Origin: Planctomycetota bacterium | Lineage (GTDB): Bacteria > Planctomycetota > UBA1135 > UBA2386 | Reading direction: 5' to 3' | Assembly (NCBI GenBank): GCA_965223545.1 | Contig: OZ245006.1 | Coordinates: forward strand, 5,248,001-5,312,000 | DNA length: 64,000 nt | Part shown: positions 30,124 to 39,971 of the stretch, in pieces | Layout of the letters: every line of letters begins with the position of its first letter | How positions within the stretch are numbered: the stretch's first letter is position 1 | Notes under the pieces: model-generated | What the model was told of the DNA's origin: nothing | Seen by the model: the letters and a program-made list of their open reading frames with translations, nothing else | The model's database searches: none | Made by a program: the position numbers and the translations under genes

Positions 30124-30157
30124 GCGCCGGAGGCTCGGCGAGACGGTGCCTCGTGGC
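30124..30157 (+). repeat. Dispersed intergenic repeat (family 2) fragment
   Basis: 31/34 nt identical to 51681-51714. Confidence 0.75.
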
Positions 30158-30270
30158 CGCGCCCCCGCCGACTGACCTCAACACGTCGGGAGTGCTGTGC
30201 CGATATCGAAGGCGGAGTCTCGCACCGACCGGTGGGGGCCCGCACCGAGGACACAGCTCGCGAACGAACT

Positions 30271-33200
30271 ATGGCGCTCAAAGGAGATCTGGCAAGCGTA
30301 GACCTGGCTCAGGTCTTCCAGATGCTGGCGCTCAACCAGAAGGTTGGCATGCTCAGCATTCAGGCGCCCGGGACGTGGAAGGCCCTGTACTTCGATCAGC
30401 GCGGCGTCACCCTCTACTTCAACGAGCACCTGGTCTTGGACCGCGTGCTCGGCACGATGACGCGCAGCGGCCAGCTGCAGCAGGAGGTCGTGCAGGAGAG
30501 CCGCGACCACGCGGCGAGCCAGGGTGTCTCGGTGGTCGACAGTCTGCTCGCCGGCGGCTACGTGTCGGAAGAGGACTTCGAGGAGTCGTTCCGCCAGGAG
30601 CTCGAGGAGGAGATCTACGACCTCTTCTTCTGGCGCGAGGCCAAGTTCGAGTTCTTCGAGGGAGCGACCGGCTTCGAGGGCCGGGAGGGCTCGGTCAACG
30701 AGCGCTTCTTCTTCAGTACCGACAGCCTCATCATGGAGGCCGCCCGCCGCATCGACGAGTGGGCGTTCATCCAAGAGCGCGTCCCCGGTCCGGAGGAGAT
30801 CTTCCGGCCGACCGACGAGAGTCCCAACATCCTCAAGCTCGAGGACGTGGCCCTGTCGGTGCACGAGCTGGTGGACGGCAAGCGCAACGTCGAGCGCCTG
30901 ATCGAGATCACCGGGCTGTCGTCGTTCCACGTCTACAAGAGCCTGGCGCAGCTGCTCGACGAGCAGATGATCAAGCGGCTCGATTCCAGCGACCTGGTCG
31001 ATGCCGCCAAGGAGTGCGTCGCCGAGGGCCGTCTGCAAGACGCGATCAATCTGTACGAGCGCGCGATCTCGCTCGACGTCGGTCTGCCGGAGACCCACGC
31101 TCTCGCCGCGCACGCCTACGAGTCGACCCAGGAGTTCGAGCTCGCCGGCTACCACCTCAAGTGTGTGGCCGAGTACTACGCCTCGGCGGGCAACGTGGTC
31201 GAGGCGGTCGACCTGCTGCGGCGCGTCAACGAGATGCTGCCGACGGACCTGGCGACGCGCGAGCGCATCGTCGAGCTCACCGTCGGCTCGTCCGAGTTCA
31301 AGGGCGACGACGCGCAGACCGTCGCCGAGGCCAAGGCGCTGGTCGATCTGTACCTCGAGATCGAGCAGGTCGAGCGCGTGCGCGGCATCCTCGAGCGGCT
31401 GCTGCACGACAACCCCAGCGATGTCGAGCTGAAGAAGAGCCTGGTCAACGTCTACGCCAAGACCGGCGACCAGCGGCGCGTGATGGAGCTGTACGAGTCC
31501 ATCGCCGACGATCTCGTCGCCAAGGCCAACCCGATCGAAGCCGTCAAGTATCTGCAGAAGATCTTGATGATCGATCGGTCGCGCAAGGACATCTCCGACC
31601 GCATCCGCTCGCTCTACGAGCTGGACGAGCGACGCCGTTCGCGGCGGCGCAGCATCGCGTTGGTCGGCGTCGGCATCTGCATCGTCCTCGGGCTGATCGG
31701 CGCCTGGTTCCTGTACGAACAGAACGCGCGCGAGAAGTTCAACGCCATCGACGTCGACGTCTTGGTGCGCGAGCGGAACTACAACGCTGCGGTCGCGGTC
31801 TACCAGGAGTTCATGGACTCGCACCCGTGGACTCTGGTCTCCAAGGACGTGCGCTCGGCAATCACCCGCCTGGAGAGCATGCGGTTGGCGCACGAAGAGC
31901 AGTTGCGTGCCGACCGGCGCCAGCGCGAGGAGGAGCAGAACAAGCTGCGCCTGCGCTACAAGCTGGCGTGGGACCGCTACTTGACCGAGTTTCGCGCCGA
32001 GGACCTCGGCGCGGCTCTCGAGCAGCTCGAGCTGTGCCGCTCGCTGGTCGAGGAGACCGCCGAACCGGTCGACGTCAAGTGGGCCCAGGACAAGAAGCTG
32101 GAGAAGGTCATCGGAGACCTGCGGACCTACATCGGCAACGCCGCGGCGCTGGAGCGCGTCGCTCGCGAGCTGGTGCTGGCCGGCGACTGGCGCCAGGCGC
32201 GCGAGAAGCTGCTCGAGCTGACCAGCAAGTACGACATGACCGAGGTCGCCAAGCGGGCGCGCATCCCGGTGATGCTGACGTCGCGCCCGGCCGGCGCGGT
32301 GATCGCGCAGGGCGGCAGGCCGCTGGTCAAGGTGGTGGACGGCGCGGAGGTCGAGCTGCGCACTCCCGCCGTGGTGTTCTGCCAACAAGAGATCGAAGAG
32401 CGCTTCATGCTGCGGCACCCCGGCTTCAAGCCGGTGGTCGTCGACCTGCGGGCCGCCGAAGCGGCGGTCTCGCATCACGTGCTCAGCGTCGTGCCCGCCG
32501 CGGTGATCGATTTCGGCGCGCCCGTGCAGACCGCACCCGGCGTGGGGCGCGATTACCTCGTCGCCGGTCTACAGGGTGGTCGTTTGGGAGTGGCGCGCAG
32601 TGACGGCGGCGGCCGCCTGCCCGGCGTCCAACTCGAGGACCTGCGCGAAGTCGTGGGCCGCCCGGCCGTGGTCGGTGATCACTTCTACTTCCGCACCAAC
32701 CAGTCCGAGATCGTCTGCCGACTCCTTTCGGGGCTGCAGCGCTGGGTGTCGGGCAACGGCGTCACCGCCGCTACCGATCCGGTCGTCGTCAACGGCCGCG
32801 TGCTGTTCTTCGACATCGACGGTGGGCTGGTGTGCTTGGACGCCGACGACGGCAGCGAGTTCTGGCGGGCGACGATGCCGTCGCCGGCGGCCGGGCTGCC
32901 GGCTGCCGAGGGGCGTCTGGTCCGGGTCGGAACCACCGCCGGCGAGCTGCTGCTGATCGACCTGGTGAGTGGCGCGGTCCTGCGGCAGTACTCGGGATTG
33001 CCCGGGTTCGGCTCGTCGCCGCTGTTGGCGCCCGCCCGGGTGGCCTACGGCACGGTCGAGGGTCGAGTCGCGCTGGTCGACGAAAAGCGCGGAGTCTTGA
33101 TCTGGAGCATGGACGTCGGGCGTACGCCTTCCACGGGTGAGATTGCCGTGGTCGGCGACAGCGTCGTGGTCCTCGCGCAGGGTGATCGGATCGTGCGCCT

Positions 33201-33471
33201 CAGCATGCTGGATGGCGCCGAGGCGGCTCAGTTCAAGCTGCCTGGTGCCCGGTTGTCCGGGCCCTTGGCAGTGGGGTCGCGGGTGTTCGTCACGGCGAGG
33301 GTCGTCGCGTCCGACCGCAGCCGGCAGGACGTGCTGATCGCCCTGGATGCGGAGACCATGCAGATCGCCTGGGAGTTCAGTGACGGTGGTCTGTTCCGGG
33401 GCCCGCTCGGGGCGGACGCAGAGTCCGTCTACCTGCCGGATTCCACGACGCGAGTCGTCCGATTCCAGTGA
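30271..33471 (+). CDS. DUF4388 + TPR + transmembrane + PQQ-type beta-propeller protein
   Basis: N-terminal LKGDL..VDLAQVFQML..NQKVG and SLIMEAARRIDEW (DUF4388-like), helical TPR-like repeats, one TM (IALVGVGICIVLGLIGAWFLY), C-terminal propeller repeats (CLDADDGSEFW, ALDAETMQIAW). Confidence 0.75.
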   Translation: MALKGDLASVDLAQVFQMLALNQKVGMLSIQAPGTWKALYFDQRGVTLYFNEHLVLDRVLGTMTRSGQLQQEVVQESRDHAASQGVSVVDSLLAGGYVSEEDFEESFRQELEEEIYDLFFWREAKFEFFEGATGFEGREGSVNERFFFSTDSLIMEAARRIDEWAFIQERVPGPEEIFRPTDESPNILKLEDVALSVHELVDGKRNVERLIEITGLSSFHVYKSLAQLLDEQMIKRLDSSDLVDAAKECVAEGRLQDAINLYERAISLDVGLPETHALAAHAYESTQEFELAGYHLKCVAEYYASAGNVVEAVDLLRRVNEMLPTDLATRERIVELTVGSSEFKGDDAQTVAEAKALVDLYLEIEQVERVRGILERLLHDNPSDVELKKSLVNVYAKTGDQRRVMELYESIADDLVAKANPIEAVKYLQKILMIDRSRKDISDRIRSLYELDERRRSRRRSIALVGVGICIVLGLIGAWFLYEQNAREKFNAIDVDVLVRERNYNAAVAVYQEFMDSHPWTLVSKDVRSAITRLESMRLAHEEQLRADRRQREEEQNKLRLRYKLAWDRYLTEFRAEDLGAALEQLELCRSLVEETAEPVDVKWAQDKKLEKVIGDLRTYIGNAAALERVARELVLAGDWRQAREKLLELTSKYDMTEVAKRARIPVMLTSRPAGAVIAQGGRPLVKVVDGAEVELRTPAVVFCQQEIEERFMLRHPGFKPVVVDLRAAEAAVSHHVLSVVPAAVIDFGAPVQTAPGVGRDYLVAGLQGGRLGVARSDGGGRLPGVQLEDLREVVGRPAVVGDHFYFRTNQSEIVCRLLSGLQRWVSGNGVTAATDPVVVNGRVLFFDIDGGLVCLDADDGSEFWRATMPSPAAGLPAAEGRLVRVGTTAGELLLIDLVSGAVLRQYSGLPGFGSSPLLAPARVAYGTVEGRVALVDEKRGVLIWSMDVGRTPSTGEIAVVGDSVVVLAQGDRIVRLSMLDGAEAAQFKLPGARLSGPLAVGSRVFVTARVVASDRSRQDVLIALDAETMQIAWEFSDGGLFRGPLGADAESVYLPDSTTRVVRFQ

Positions 33472-33566
33472 TGCGTGCGAATCCGCCGATAGTTCACTCG
33501 GCGTCGTGCCAACGGCGGTGTCTGCCGCCCGCGCGTCGCGGTCGAGCCCTTGTGACGGGAGTCTAG

Positions 33567-34688
33567 TTGGTCAAGCTGCTACAGCGCCTGAAGATCTGGC
33601 GAGAGCTCAAGCGCCTGGAGACCAAGGCGCGCGAGACGCCGTCCCCGACCACGTACGTGGATCTCGGCCAGGTCTACATCAACCTCGGCATGCACGATCA
33701 GACGTTGCGTGTGTCCGAGGAAGGGCTCGCGCTGTTCCCCGACTCGAAGGAGCTGCGCAAGCTCAACAACTTCGCGAAGAAGAGCCACCTCAAGACCCGG
33801 ATCAAGGAGCTGCGCACTCGGCTCAACAAGAGCCCCGACCCGGATCTGTACCGCGATCTCGCCGGGTTGTATCTCAACCTCGGCGACCACGGCGCCGTGC
33901 TCGGTACCTGCGAAGAGGGCGTCCGCCGGTTCCCGGACGACCCCGGCGCGTACTTGGTGATGGCGCGCGCGCGGTTGGAGGGCTTCTACCGCGACCTACG
34001 GGCGCACGATGGCATGGAGGCGGTGCGCTGCTTGGGCAAGGTCATCTCGCTCGAGCGCGACAACGCCCGGGCGCACAAGCTGATGGCCGAAGTGCTGTAT
34101 CGCGTCGGTGCGCTCAACCGCGCGGTGCACCACCTCAAGTTCTTGCGCGAGCTGGACTCGAGCGATTTCGAAGTCGAGGCGTTGTTCCGTCGTGCGGACG
34201 CCGAGGCCGACGGCGGGCAGAAAGAGGACGTCGACCAGCTGTTCCTCGAGGTCGAGGGGCGCCGGTTGCTGGCCCGCGGGCCGGTGGGAGAGCCGCCGCG
34301 CGATGCCAAGGGCGCCGCGCAGGACGCCGACGTCGGCTCGATCCGCGACTCGCTGGGCAGCATCGCGGAGATCCCCGGCGTCATCAAGGCGACCTACATC
34401 AAGGGTGCCAAGGCGTTGGTGAAGGGCCGGATCAAGAACGGCAAGGATCCGTTCCTCAAGTTGTCGCGCGTCGTGAGTCAGGCGGCGCAGCGGTCGTGCA
34501 AGCGGATGGATCTCGGCAACTTCTCCAAGGGTGTGGTCGACGGCGACTTCGGTCACGTCTGCATCTGCTGCTACGGAGACGTGGTCGCGGCGGTGCTGTG
34601 CACGTCCAACACCCCGCTCTCTCGGGTGATGAACGACCTGCAGGAGCTGGTCGCCAAGTCTCTCTACACCGCTGAGGTTGCCGGCTGA
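33567..34688 (+). CDS. TPR protein with C-terminal Roadblock/LC7-like domain
   Basis: TPR repeats (YVDLGQVYINLG, YRDLAGLYLNLG) then IAEIPGVIKAT...MDLGNFSKGVVDGDFGHV roadblock-like pattern; TTG start. Confidence 0.7.
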   Translation: MVKLLQRLKIWRELKRLETKARETPSPTTYVDLGQVYINLGMHDQTLRVSEEGLALFPDSKELRKLNNFAKKSHLKTRIKELRTRLNKSPDPDLYRDLAGLYLNLGDHGAVLGTCEEGVRRFPDDPGAYLVMARARLEGFYRDLRAHDGMEAVRCLGKVISLERDNARAHKLMAEVLYRVGALNRAVHHLKFLRELDSSDFEVEALFRRADAEADGGQKEDVDQLFLEVEGRRLLARGPVGEPPRDAKGAAQDADVGSIRDSLGSIAEIPGVIKATYIKGAKALVKGRIKNGKDPFLKLSRVVSQAAQRSCKRMDLGNFSKGVVDGDFGHVCICCYGDVVAAVLCTSNTPLSRVMNDLQELVAKSLYTAEVAG

Positions 34689-35053
34689 TGAGTCAAATCG
34701 CCAAGATCCTGCAGAAGATGGGCGATGTCGACGGCATCAAGGGAACCGCAGTGCTGACCGGCGATGGCATCATGGTCGCCAGCACGCTCGGCGAGGAGTT
34801 CCTGGACGACGTCGTCGCCGGGCTGAGCTCATTCTTGATCACCACGACCCGCCGCTCGCTGGGCGAGGCGGGCATGCCGACGGCGTTCTCCCGCTTCACG
34901 CTGAACTCGACGCACGGCAAGGTCGTGCTCGTCGAGCTGGGTGAGGCGTTCCTGGTTGTGATCACCAACCAGTTCGCAGATCTCGACCGCTGCTACGTGG
35001 ACATCGACGCCGCGGCGAAGAAGCTGCGCAAAGTGTCCAAGATCCAGGTCTGA
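34688..35053 (+). CDS. Roadblock/LC7 (MglB/MglC-like) protein
   Basis: ILQKMGDVDGIKGTAVLTGDGIMVAS, FTLNSTHGKVVLV, FLVVIT. Confidence 0.85.
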   Translation: MSQIAKILQKMGDVDGIKGTAVLTGDGIMVASTLGEEFLDDVVAGLSSFLITTTRRSLGEAGMPTAFSRFTLNSTHGKVVLVELGEAFLVVITNQFADLDRCYVDIDAAAKKLRKVSKIQV

Positions 35054-35296
35054 GACACGGCGGGCGTGCTCCCCGGCGCCGCATCCCGCACGGGGGGCGG
35101 CCTGCGGGTCGACCGCACCGTCCCGTCGTCGGCGCGGTCGAGTGTCGATTTGTGACGATCTGAGCGCGGCACCGCGAAGTGCCCTCAAGACGAGTCGCGC
35201 GAAAGACCGAAGAGGACCGCAGGTCACCGCAGGCCGGCTGTTCGGTCCGCATCACCGTGGGAATCGGGGCGGTGTGCCTGCAGGAGCAGGACAAGC

Positions 35297-36274
35297 ATGG
35301 TTCAGATCAACTTCGCTCTGAAGGAAGTCAACTGCAAGATCGTGTTCTACGGTCCGGGCATGAGTGGCAAGACCACCAACCTCGAGATCGTGCACCAGAA
35401 AGCGCCCGAGGAGAACAAGGGCGAGTTGACGTCTATCTCAACGGACGGCGACCGGACGCTGTTTTTCGACTTCATGCCTCTCGACCTCGGCAACGTGGCC
35501 GGGATGCGCACGAAGTTCCAGCTGTACACGGTTCCCGGCCAGGTCTACTACAACTCGACGCGCAAGCTCGTGCTGCAAGGTGTCGACGGCGTCATCTTCG
35601 TCGCGGATTCGGATCCCGAGAAGATGCCGGAGAACATCGAGAGCTACGACAACCTGATCGAGAACCTCCGCGAGTACGGCAAGGACATCCGCGAGCTTCC
35701 GCACGTCCTGCAGTACAACAAGCGCGACTTGCCGGGGGCGCTGTCCGTCGAGGAGATGGACCGGCAGCTCAACAAGTTCAGCGTGCCGACGTTCGAGGCG
35801 GTGGCGACGACGGGTGAGGGCGTCTTCCCGACGCTCAAGGTGCTGGCCGGCCTCGTGCTGGAGAGCATCGACCGGATGGACAACCGGCGCCCGACGCCGA
35901 AGCCCGCTGCCAAGCCGCAGGCCGCTGCGGCGCGCGCCGAAGGCGCGCCGGCGCAGGGTGGCCAGCAGCCGCAGCGGCGTCGCAAGCCGCAGCCCGGCGG
36001 CAAGGGCCAGGGCCAGCAGCGGCGCAAGGGCCAGGGCGGCGGCCAGCAGCGCCAACGTCCGACCCGCCAGGCGGCAGGCCAGCGCGGGGGGCGGAGCGCG
36101 CCGCAGCGCAAGGGCGGTCAGCGCGACGGCGGCAGCCGGCAGCGCCAGCGCCCGAACAAGAGCGAGGCGAGCTCGGGGCGCAGCGGCGGTGTGGCGATGG
36201 CGGTGGTCTTGACGTTGTTCTTGGCCGGGGCCGTTGCCGGGGCAGTCTTCTTCTTCATGCAGCAGCAGGGGTGA
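35297..36274 (+). CDS. mglA: MglA-family Ras-like GTPase with long linker and C-terminal TM anchor
   Basis: KIVFYGPGMSGKTTN, DRTLFFDF, QLYTVPGQVYY, FVADS, YNKRD, EAVA; Q/R/G-rich tail then VAMAVVLTLFLAGAVAGAVFFFM. Confidence 0.92.
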   Translation: MVQINFALKEVNCKIVFYGPGMSGKTTNLEIVHQKAPEENKGELTSISTDGDRTLFFDFMPLDLGNVAGMRTKFQLYTVPGQVYYNSTRKLVLQGVDGVIFVADSDPEKMPENIESYDNLIENLREYGKDIRELPHVLQYNKRDLPGALSVEEMDRQLNKFSVPTFEAVATTGEGVFPTLKVLAGLVLESIDRMDNRRPTPKPAAKPQAAAARAEGAPAQGGQQPQRRRKPQPGGKGQGQQRRKGQGGGQQRQRPTRQAAGQRGGRSAPQRKGGQRDGGSRQRQRPNKSEASSGRSGGVAMAVVLTLFLAGAVAGAVFFFMQQQG

Positions 36275-36278
36275 TCGG

Positions 36279-36800
36279 ATGTCTGGCAACGGCATGAGTG
36301 CGAATGAGCGTTTGCGCCACGATCGGCTCACCTTCTACAAGGAGGACATCGATCAGATCGACAAGCTGCTCAACGAGTTCCTGCGTCTGTCGGGGGCCAA
36401 GTGCGCCGTTCTGATCGACAAGGAAGGCCACCTCGTCACCAGAGCGGGCGAGGTCAACACCGTCGACATGGACACGATCTCCGCGCTGGTCGCGGGATCG
36501 TTCGCCGCCACCAAGGAGATGGCCCGCCTGCTCGGCGAGGACGAGTTCTCCGCACTGTTCCACCAGGGTGAGCGGGACAACATCCAGCTGTCGCTGGTCG
36601 GCGACCGGACGTTGCTGACGATCTTGTTCGACGAGCGCACGACGATCGGCATGGTGCGGCTGTACGCGAGCGAGACCGCGAAGAAGCTGGCGACCATCTA
36701 CGAGCAGGCGCAGCGGCGCAGCGACGAGGGCGGCGGCCCCGAGCTCGACTCGGAGTACGGCGACGACGCCAAGCGGAAGCTGGAGAACCTGTTCGACTGA
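36279..36800 (+). CDS. mglB: MglB-family GTPase-activating Roadblock protein
   Basis: AKCAVLIDKEGHLV, SALVAGSFAAT.EMARLLGEDEFS.LFHQGE, TTIGMVRL. Confidence 0.9.
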   Translation: MSGNGMSANERLRHDRLTFYKEDIDQIDKLLNEFLRLSGAKCAVLIDKEGHLVTRAGEVNTVDMDTISALVAGSFAATKEMARLLGEDEFSALFHQGERDNIQLSLVGDRTLLTILFDERTTIGMVRLYASETAKKLATIYEQAQRRSDEGGGPELDSEYGDDAKRKLENLFD

Positions 36801-36958
36801 TCGCGCGCGCACGCCGAGGTCGCGTGTCGTGTTTGCCGGCGGCGCACCCATCACGGGTGCGCCGTTGTCGTGTACGCCGCCGTTGTCATCCGCGCCGATG
36901 ACACTCGCACGAGGAGTGCGGCCAAAGCTGCACGGGCGGCTGCGTCGTTGCCAGGTCG

Positions 36959-37013
36959 GCGGCGTCGCCTCGAGAGTGTTGTCGCTGCTCGACGATTCGC
37001 GGCACCGGAGGCT
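36959..37013 (-). repeat. Dispersed intergenic repeat (family 2)
   Basis: 49/55 nt identical to the reverse complement of 51605-51659. Confidence 0.8.
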
Positions 37014-37318
37014 TCGAGCGCCGTTCGTGCGCTCGAATCGCGCAAGAAAAAAAGAGAAAACCGCATGTTGGGACGCGGTTGGAGCGAATTGCTCATTCTC
37101 TCGTTCGGCACGCCACGGATAGCGGTCTGAGTAGCGATTCGCAAAGTTCGTCCCGAATGCGGGATCGCGTTATCCCCCGGCCACTGCGAGATTTCGGTGA
37201 ATCTCGCATGTGTTGGTGACGATTTACCGGGAGATGGGCGTGGCATCGGCGGCGTGCCGTCCACGCAGGCCCGCTCCGGGCCACCCCAACTCTGAAACCA
37301 GAACAGAGGACCGAGCGA

Positions 37319-37666
37319 ATGGCTGCTAAGAAGAAGGCGACCAAGAAGAAGACCGCCCGCAAGGCGACCAAGAGGAAGGCGACCAAGCGGAAAGCGGCGA
37401 AGAAGAAGGCCACCAAGAAGAAAGCGACCAAGAAGAAGGCCGCCAAGAAGAAGGTGACCAAGAAGAAGGCGAAGAAGAAGGCCAAGAAGAAGGCCACGCG
37501 CAAGAAGGCCACGAAGAAGAAGGCCACCAAGAAGAAGGCCAAGAAGAAGGCCACGCGCAAGAAGGCTGCGAAGAAGAAGACCACCAAGAAGAAGGCCAAG
37601 AAGAAGGCCAAGAAGAAGGCAACTCGCAAGAAGGCCACCAAGAAGCGGGCGACTCGTCGGGCCTGA
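37319..37666 (+). CDS. Lys/Ala-rich histone H1-like DNA-binding protein
   Basis: 115 aa made only of M/A/K/T/R/V, about 61 Lys, repeated KKKAT units; AGAGGA RBS upstream. Confidence 0.8.
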   Translation: MAAKKKATKKKTARKATKRKATKRKAAKKKATKKKATKKKAAKKKVTKKKAKKKAKKKATRKKATKKKATKKKAKKKATRKKAAKKKTTKKKAKKKAKKKATRKKATKKRATRRA

Positions 37667-37747
37667 TCGCCCGAGTCCGCCCATCGCTCGTCGTGCCCGG
37701 GAGTTGCGCCTGGGCAGCGGCGGGGCGGGTGGTGGAAACGACCGAGT

Positions 37748-37773
37748 GCGGGAGTGGCGACGGCCACTCCCGC
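37748..37773. terminator. Hairpin between convergent histone-like gene and metG, putative terminator
   Basis: Perfect 11-bp stem gcgggagtggc-gacg-gccactcccgc; weak U-tract. Confidence 0.5.
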
Positions 37774-37825
37774 CGCCGTTTAAGCACCGCCGACTTCGGG
37801 CGCCCGTTGGGGGGCGTCGCCGGGT

Positions 37826-39901
37826 CTATTTCACCCGGTCGCCGTCCGGGGTCTTGGCGGCGGGAGCGAGCAACAGCGGGCGTCCGTCGGCGTCTTCGGT
37901 GGTCAGCACCATGCCGTGCGACGCGATACCGCGCAGCTTTCGGGGCGCCAGGTTGGCGACCACGGTGACCCGCTTGCCCACCAGCTCTTCCGGGGCGTAA
38001 GCCTCGGCCAGCCCCGACACGATCTCGCGCTGCTCCGCGCCCAGGTCGACGGTCAGCACCAGGAGTCGATCGGCCTTGGGGTGCTTGGCGGCGCTGCGCA
38101 CCGTGCCGGCGCGCAAGTCGGTGGCGGCGAACGTGTCGAACGCGATCTCGGGCGCGAAGGCCTCCACGGCCGGCACCCGGTCTTTCGTCGCTGGCGTCGC
38201 GGCGGTGGCCGCCGCCGCCAAGTCGCGCAAGCGGGCGCGCTCGGCCTCGATCTCCTCGTCCGCGACCTTCGGAAACAGGACCGGCACCGCGCCGACGTGC
38301 AACGGTCCCTCGGCCAGCCGGGCCCCGCCGGCGTCGCCCAGCAGGGGCTCGCCTTGCACGCCGAGCGCGTCGAGCAAGGTGCGCGCGGTGCGCGGGAGGA
38401 CCGGAGCCCACAGGATTGCCAGGCTGCGGATCAGCTCGGCACAGACTCGCAGTGTCTGGCCGCAGCGCTCGGGCGACGTCTTTCGCGTCGCCCATGGCTG
38501 TTCCTGGTCGTAGAACCGATTGCAGTCGGCGCCGAGGGCCATGAGCCGCTGGCACGCGCGGCGGAACTGGAACTTGTGCAACAGTCCTTGCACTTCGACG
38601 GCGGCGCTCTCGGTCGCGCCGAGGATCGCGGCCTCGGCTGCGGACAGCGGGCCCAGCGGCGGCAGGATCCCATCGGTGAAGCGCTCGGCGAACCGCAGGG
38701 TGCGAGAGACGAAGTTGCCGAGGTTGTCGGCCAGCTCGCCATTGACGCGCGCCTGGAACTCGGTCCACGACCAGTCCGAGTCGGCGGTCTCGGGCATCAT
38801 GGCCGTCAGGGCGTAGCGCAGGGCGTCGGCCGGCACGCGCCACGCCAGGCTGTCCGCCGGGATGTACCAGCCGCGCGACGTGTTGAACTTGCTGCCCTCG
38901 AGGTTGAAGAACTCGTTGGCCGGCACGTTCTCCGGCACCACCCAGCCCGCCTTGCTCCCCCAGAGCATCGACGGGAACACGACCACGTGGAAGGTGATGT
39001 TGTCCTTGCCGATGAAGTGGTAGAGCTTGGTGTCCGGCGACTTCCAGAGCTGCTCGAACTCCGCCGCGCGGCCGCGCTCGGCGAAGTACTGCTGGCTCAT
39101 CGAGAGGTAGCCGATCGGGGCGTCGAACCAGACGTAGAGCACCTTGCCGTCGGTGTCGGGCAGCGGCACCGGCACCCCCCAAGGAAGGTCACGCGTGATC
39201 GGGCGTTCGCGGAGATCGCCGAGCGCTGCCTCGACGAAGTTCTGCACGTTGTCCTTCCATTGGCCGCGCTTGCCTTCGAACCAGCCCTGCAACCACTCAT
39301 CGCGGATTCGCGCCAGATCGAGATACCAGTGCCGACTCTCGCGCAGCACCGGAGGTTGGCCGTCCAATGTGCTTCTGGGCTCGATCAGCTTGCGCGCGTC
39401 GAGCCAGGAACCGCACTTGGGGCACTCGTCGCCGCGGGCGGCCGGATGCTGGCAGACGTAGCAAGTGCCCTCGATGTAGCGGTCGGGCAGGAAGCGCTCG
39501 AGCGTCGGGCTGTAGTACTGCTCCTCGGTGCGATCGAACACGTAGCCGTTCCGCCGTAGGTCCTCGAACATCTCCTGGCACAGAGGCCGGTGGTACGGAT
39601 TCCGGTGGTGGCCGGTGCCGGAGAAGATGTCGAACTCGATGCCGACCGCCTGCAGGGTGCGCAGGATCTCGGTGTGCCAGTGGTCGACGTAGGCCTCGTA
39701 GCCCTGTCCGGCTTGCTCGGCCTTGAGCGTGATCGCGACGCCGTGCTCGTCGGTGCCGCAGACGTAGTGCACGTCGTCACCGCACATGCGGCGAAAGCGC
39801 ACGTAGATGTCGGCGGGCAGGTAGGCGCCGACGACTTGGCCGAAGTGCACGGGCCCGTTGGCGTAGGGCAAGGCGCTGGTGACGATGATCTTCTCCGGCA
39901 T
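37826..39901 (-). CDS. metG: Methionine--tRNA ligase with C-terminal tRNA-binding (OB) domain
   Basis: ALPYANG, CGTDEHG, Zn knuckle CYVC..CPKC, ITRDLPWG, YVWFDA, FIGKDN, ANLAPRKLRGIASHGM. Confidence 0.96.
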   Translation of the reverse strand: MPEKIIVTSALPYANGPVHFGQVVGAYLPADIYVRFRRMCGDDVHYVCGTDEHGVAITLKAEQAGQGYEAYVDHWHTEILRTLQAVGIEFDIFSGTGHHRNPYHRPLCQEMFEDLRRNGYVFDRTEEQYYSPTLERFLPDRYIEGTCYVCQHPAARGDECPKCGSWLDARKLIEPRSTLDGQPPVLRESRHWYLDLARIRDEWLQGWFEGKRGQWKDNVQNFVEAALGDLRERPITRDLPWGVPVPLPDTDGKVLYVWFDAPIGYLSMSQQYFAERGRAAEFEQLWKSPDTKLYHFIGKDNITFHVVVFPSMLWGSKAGWVVPENVPANEFFNLEGSKFNTSRGWYIPADSLAWRVPADALRYALTAMMPETADSDWSWTEFQARVNGELADNLGNFVSRTLRFAERFTDGILPPLGPLSAAEAAILGATESAAVEVQGLLHKFQFRRACQRLMALGADCNRFYDQEQPWATRKTSPERCGQTLRVCAELIRSLAILWAPVLPRTARTLLDALGVQGEPLLGDAGGARLAEGPLHVGAVPVLFPKVADEEIEAERARLRDLAAAATAATPATKDRVPAVEAFAPEIAFDTFAATDLRAGTVRSAAKHPKADRLLVLTVDLGAEQREIVSGLAEAYAPEELVGKRVTVVANLAPRKLRGIASHGMVLTTEDADGRPLLLAPAAKTPDGDRVK

Positions 39902-39971
39902 CCCGGGACCATACGCCAGCGCCCCTGCCGCCGGGAGCGAGTTTCCGCTCTGGCCCGGGTGCGACGGCCGC

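Noticed and set aside
29967..30270. Glycine riboswitch upstream of gcvT
   Set aside because: Could not find the conserved aptamer motifs on the minus strand by eye; an Rfam scan would settle it.
36851..37767. Hydrophobic Phe/Leu-rich ORFs on the minus strand
   Set aside because: They are the reverse complement of the AAG-rich histone-like gene.
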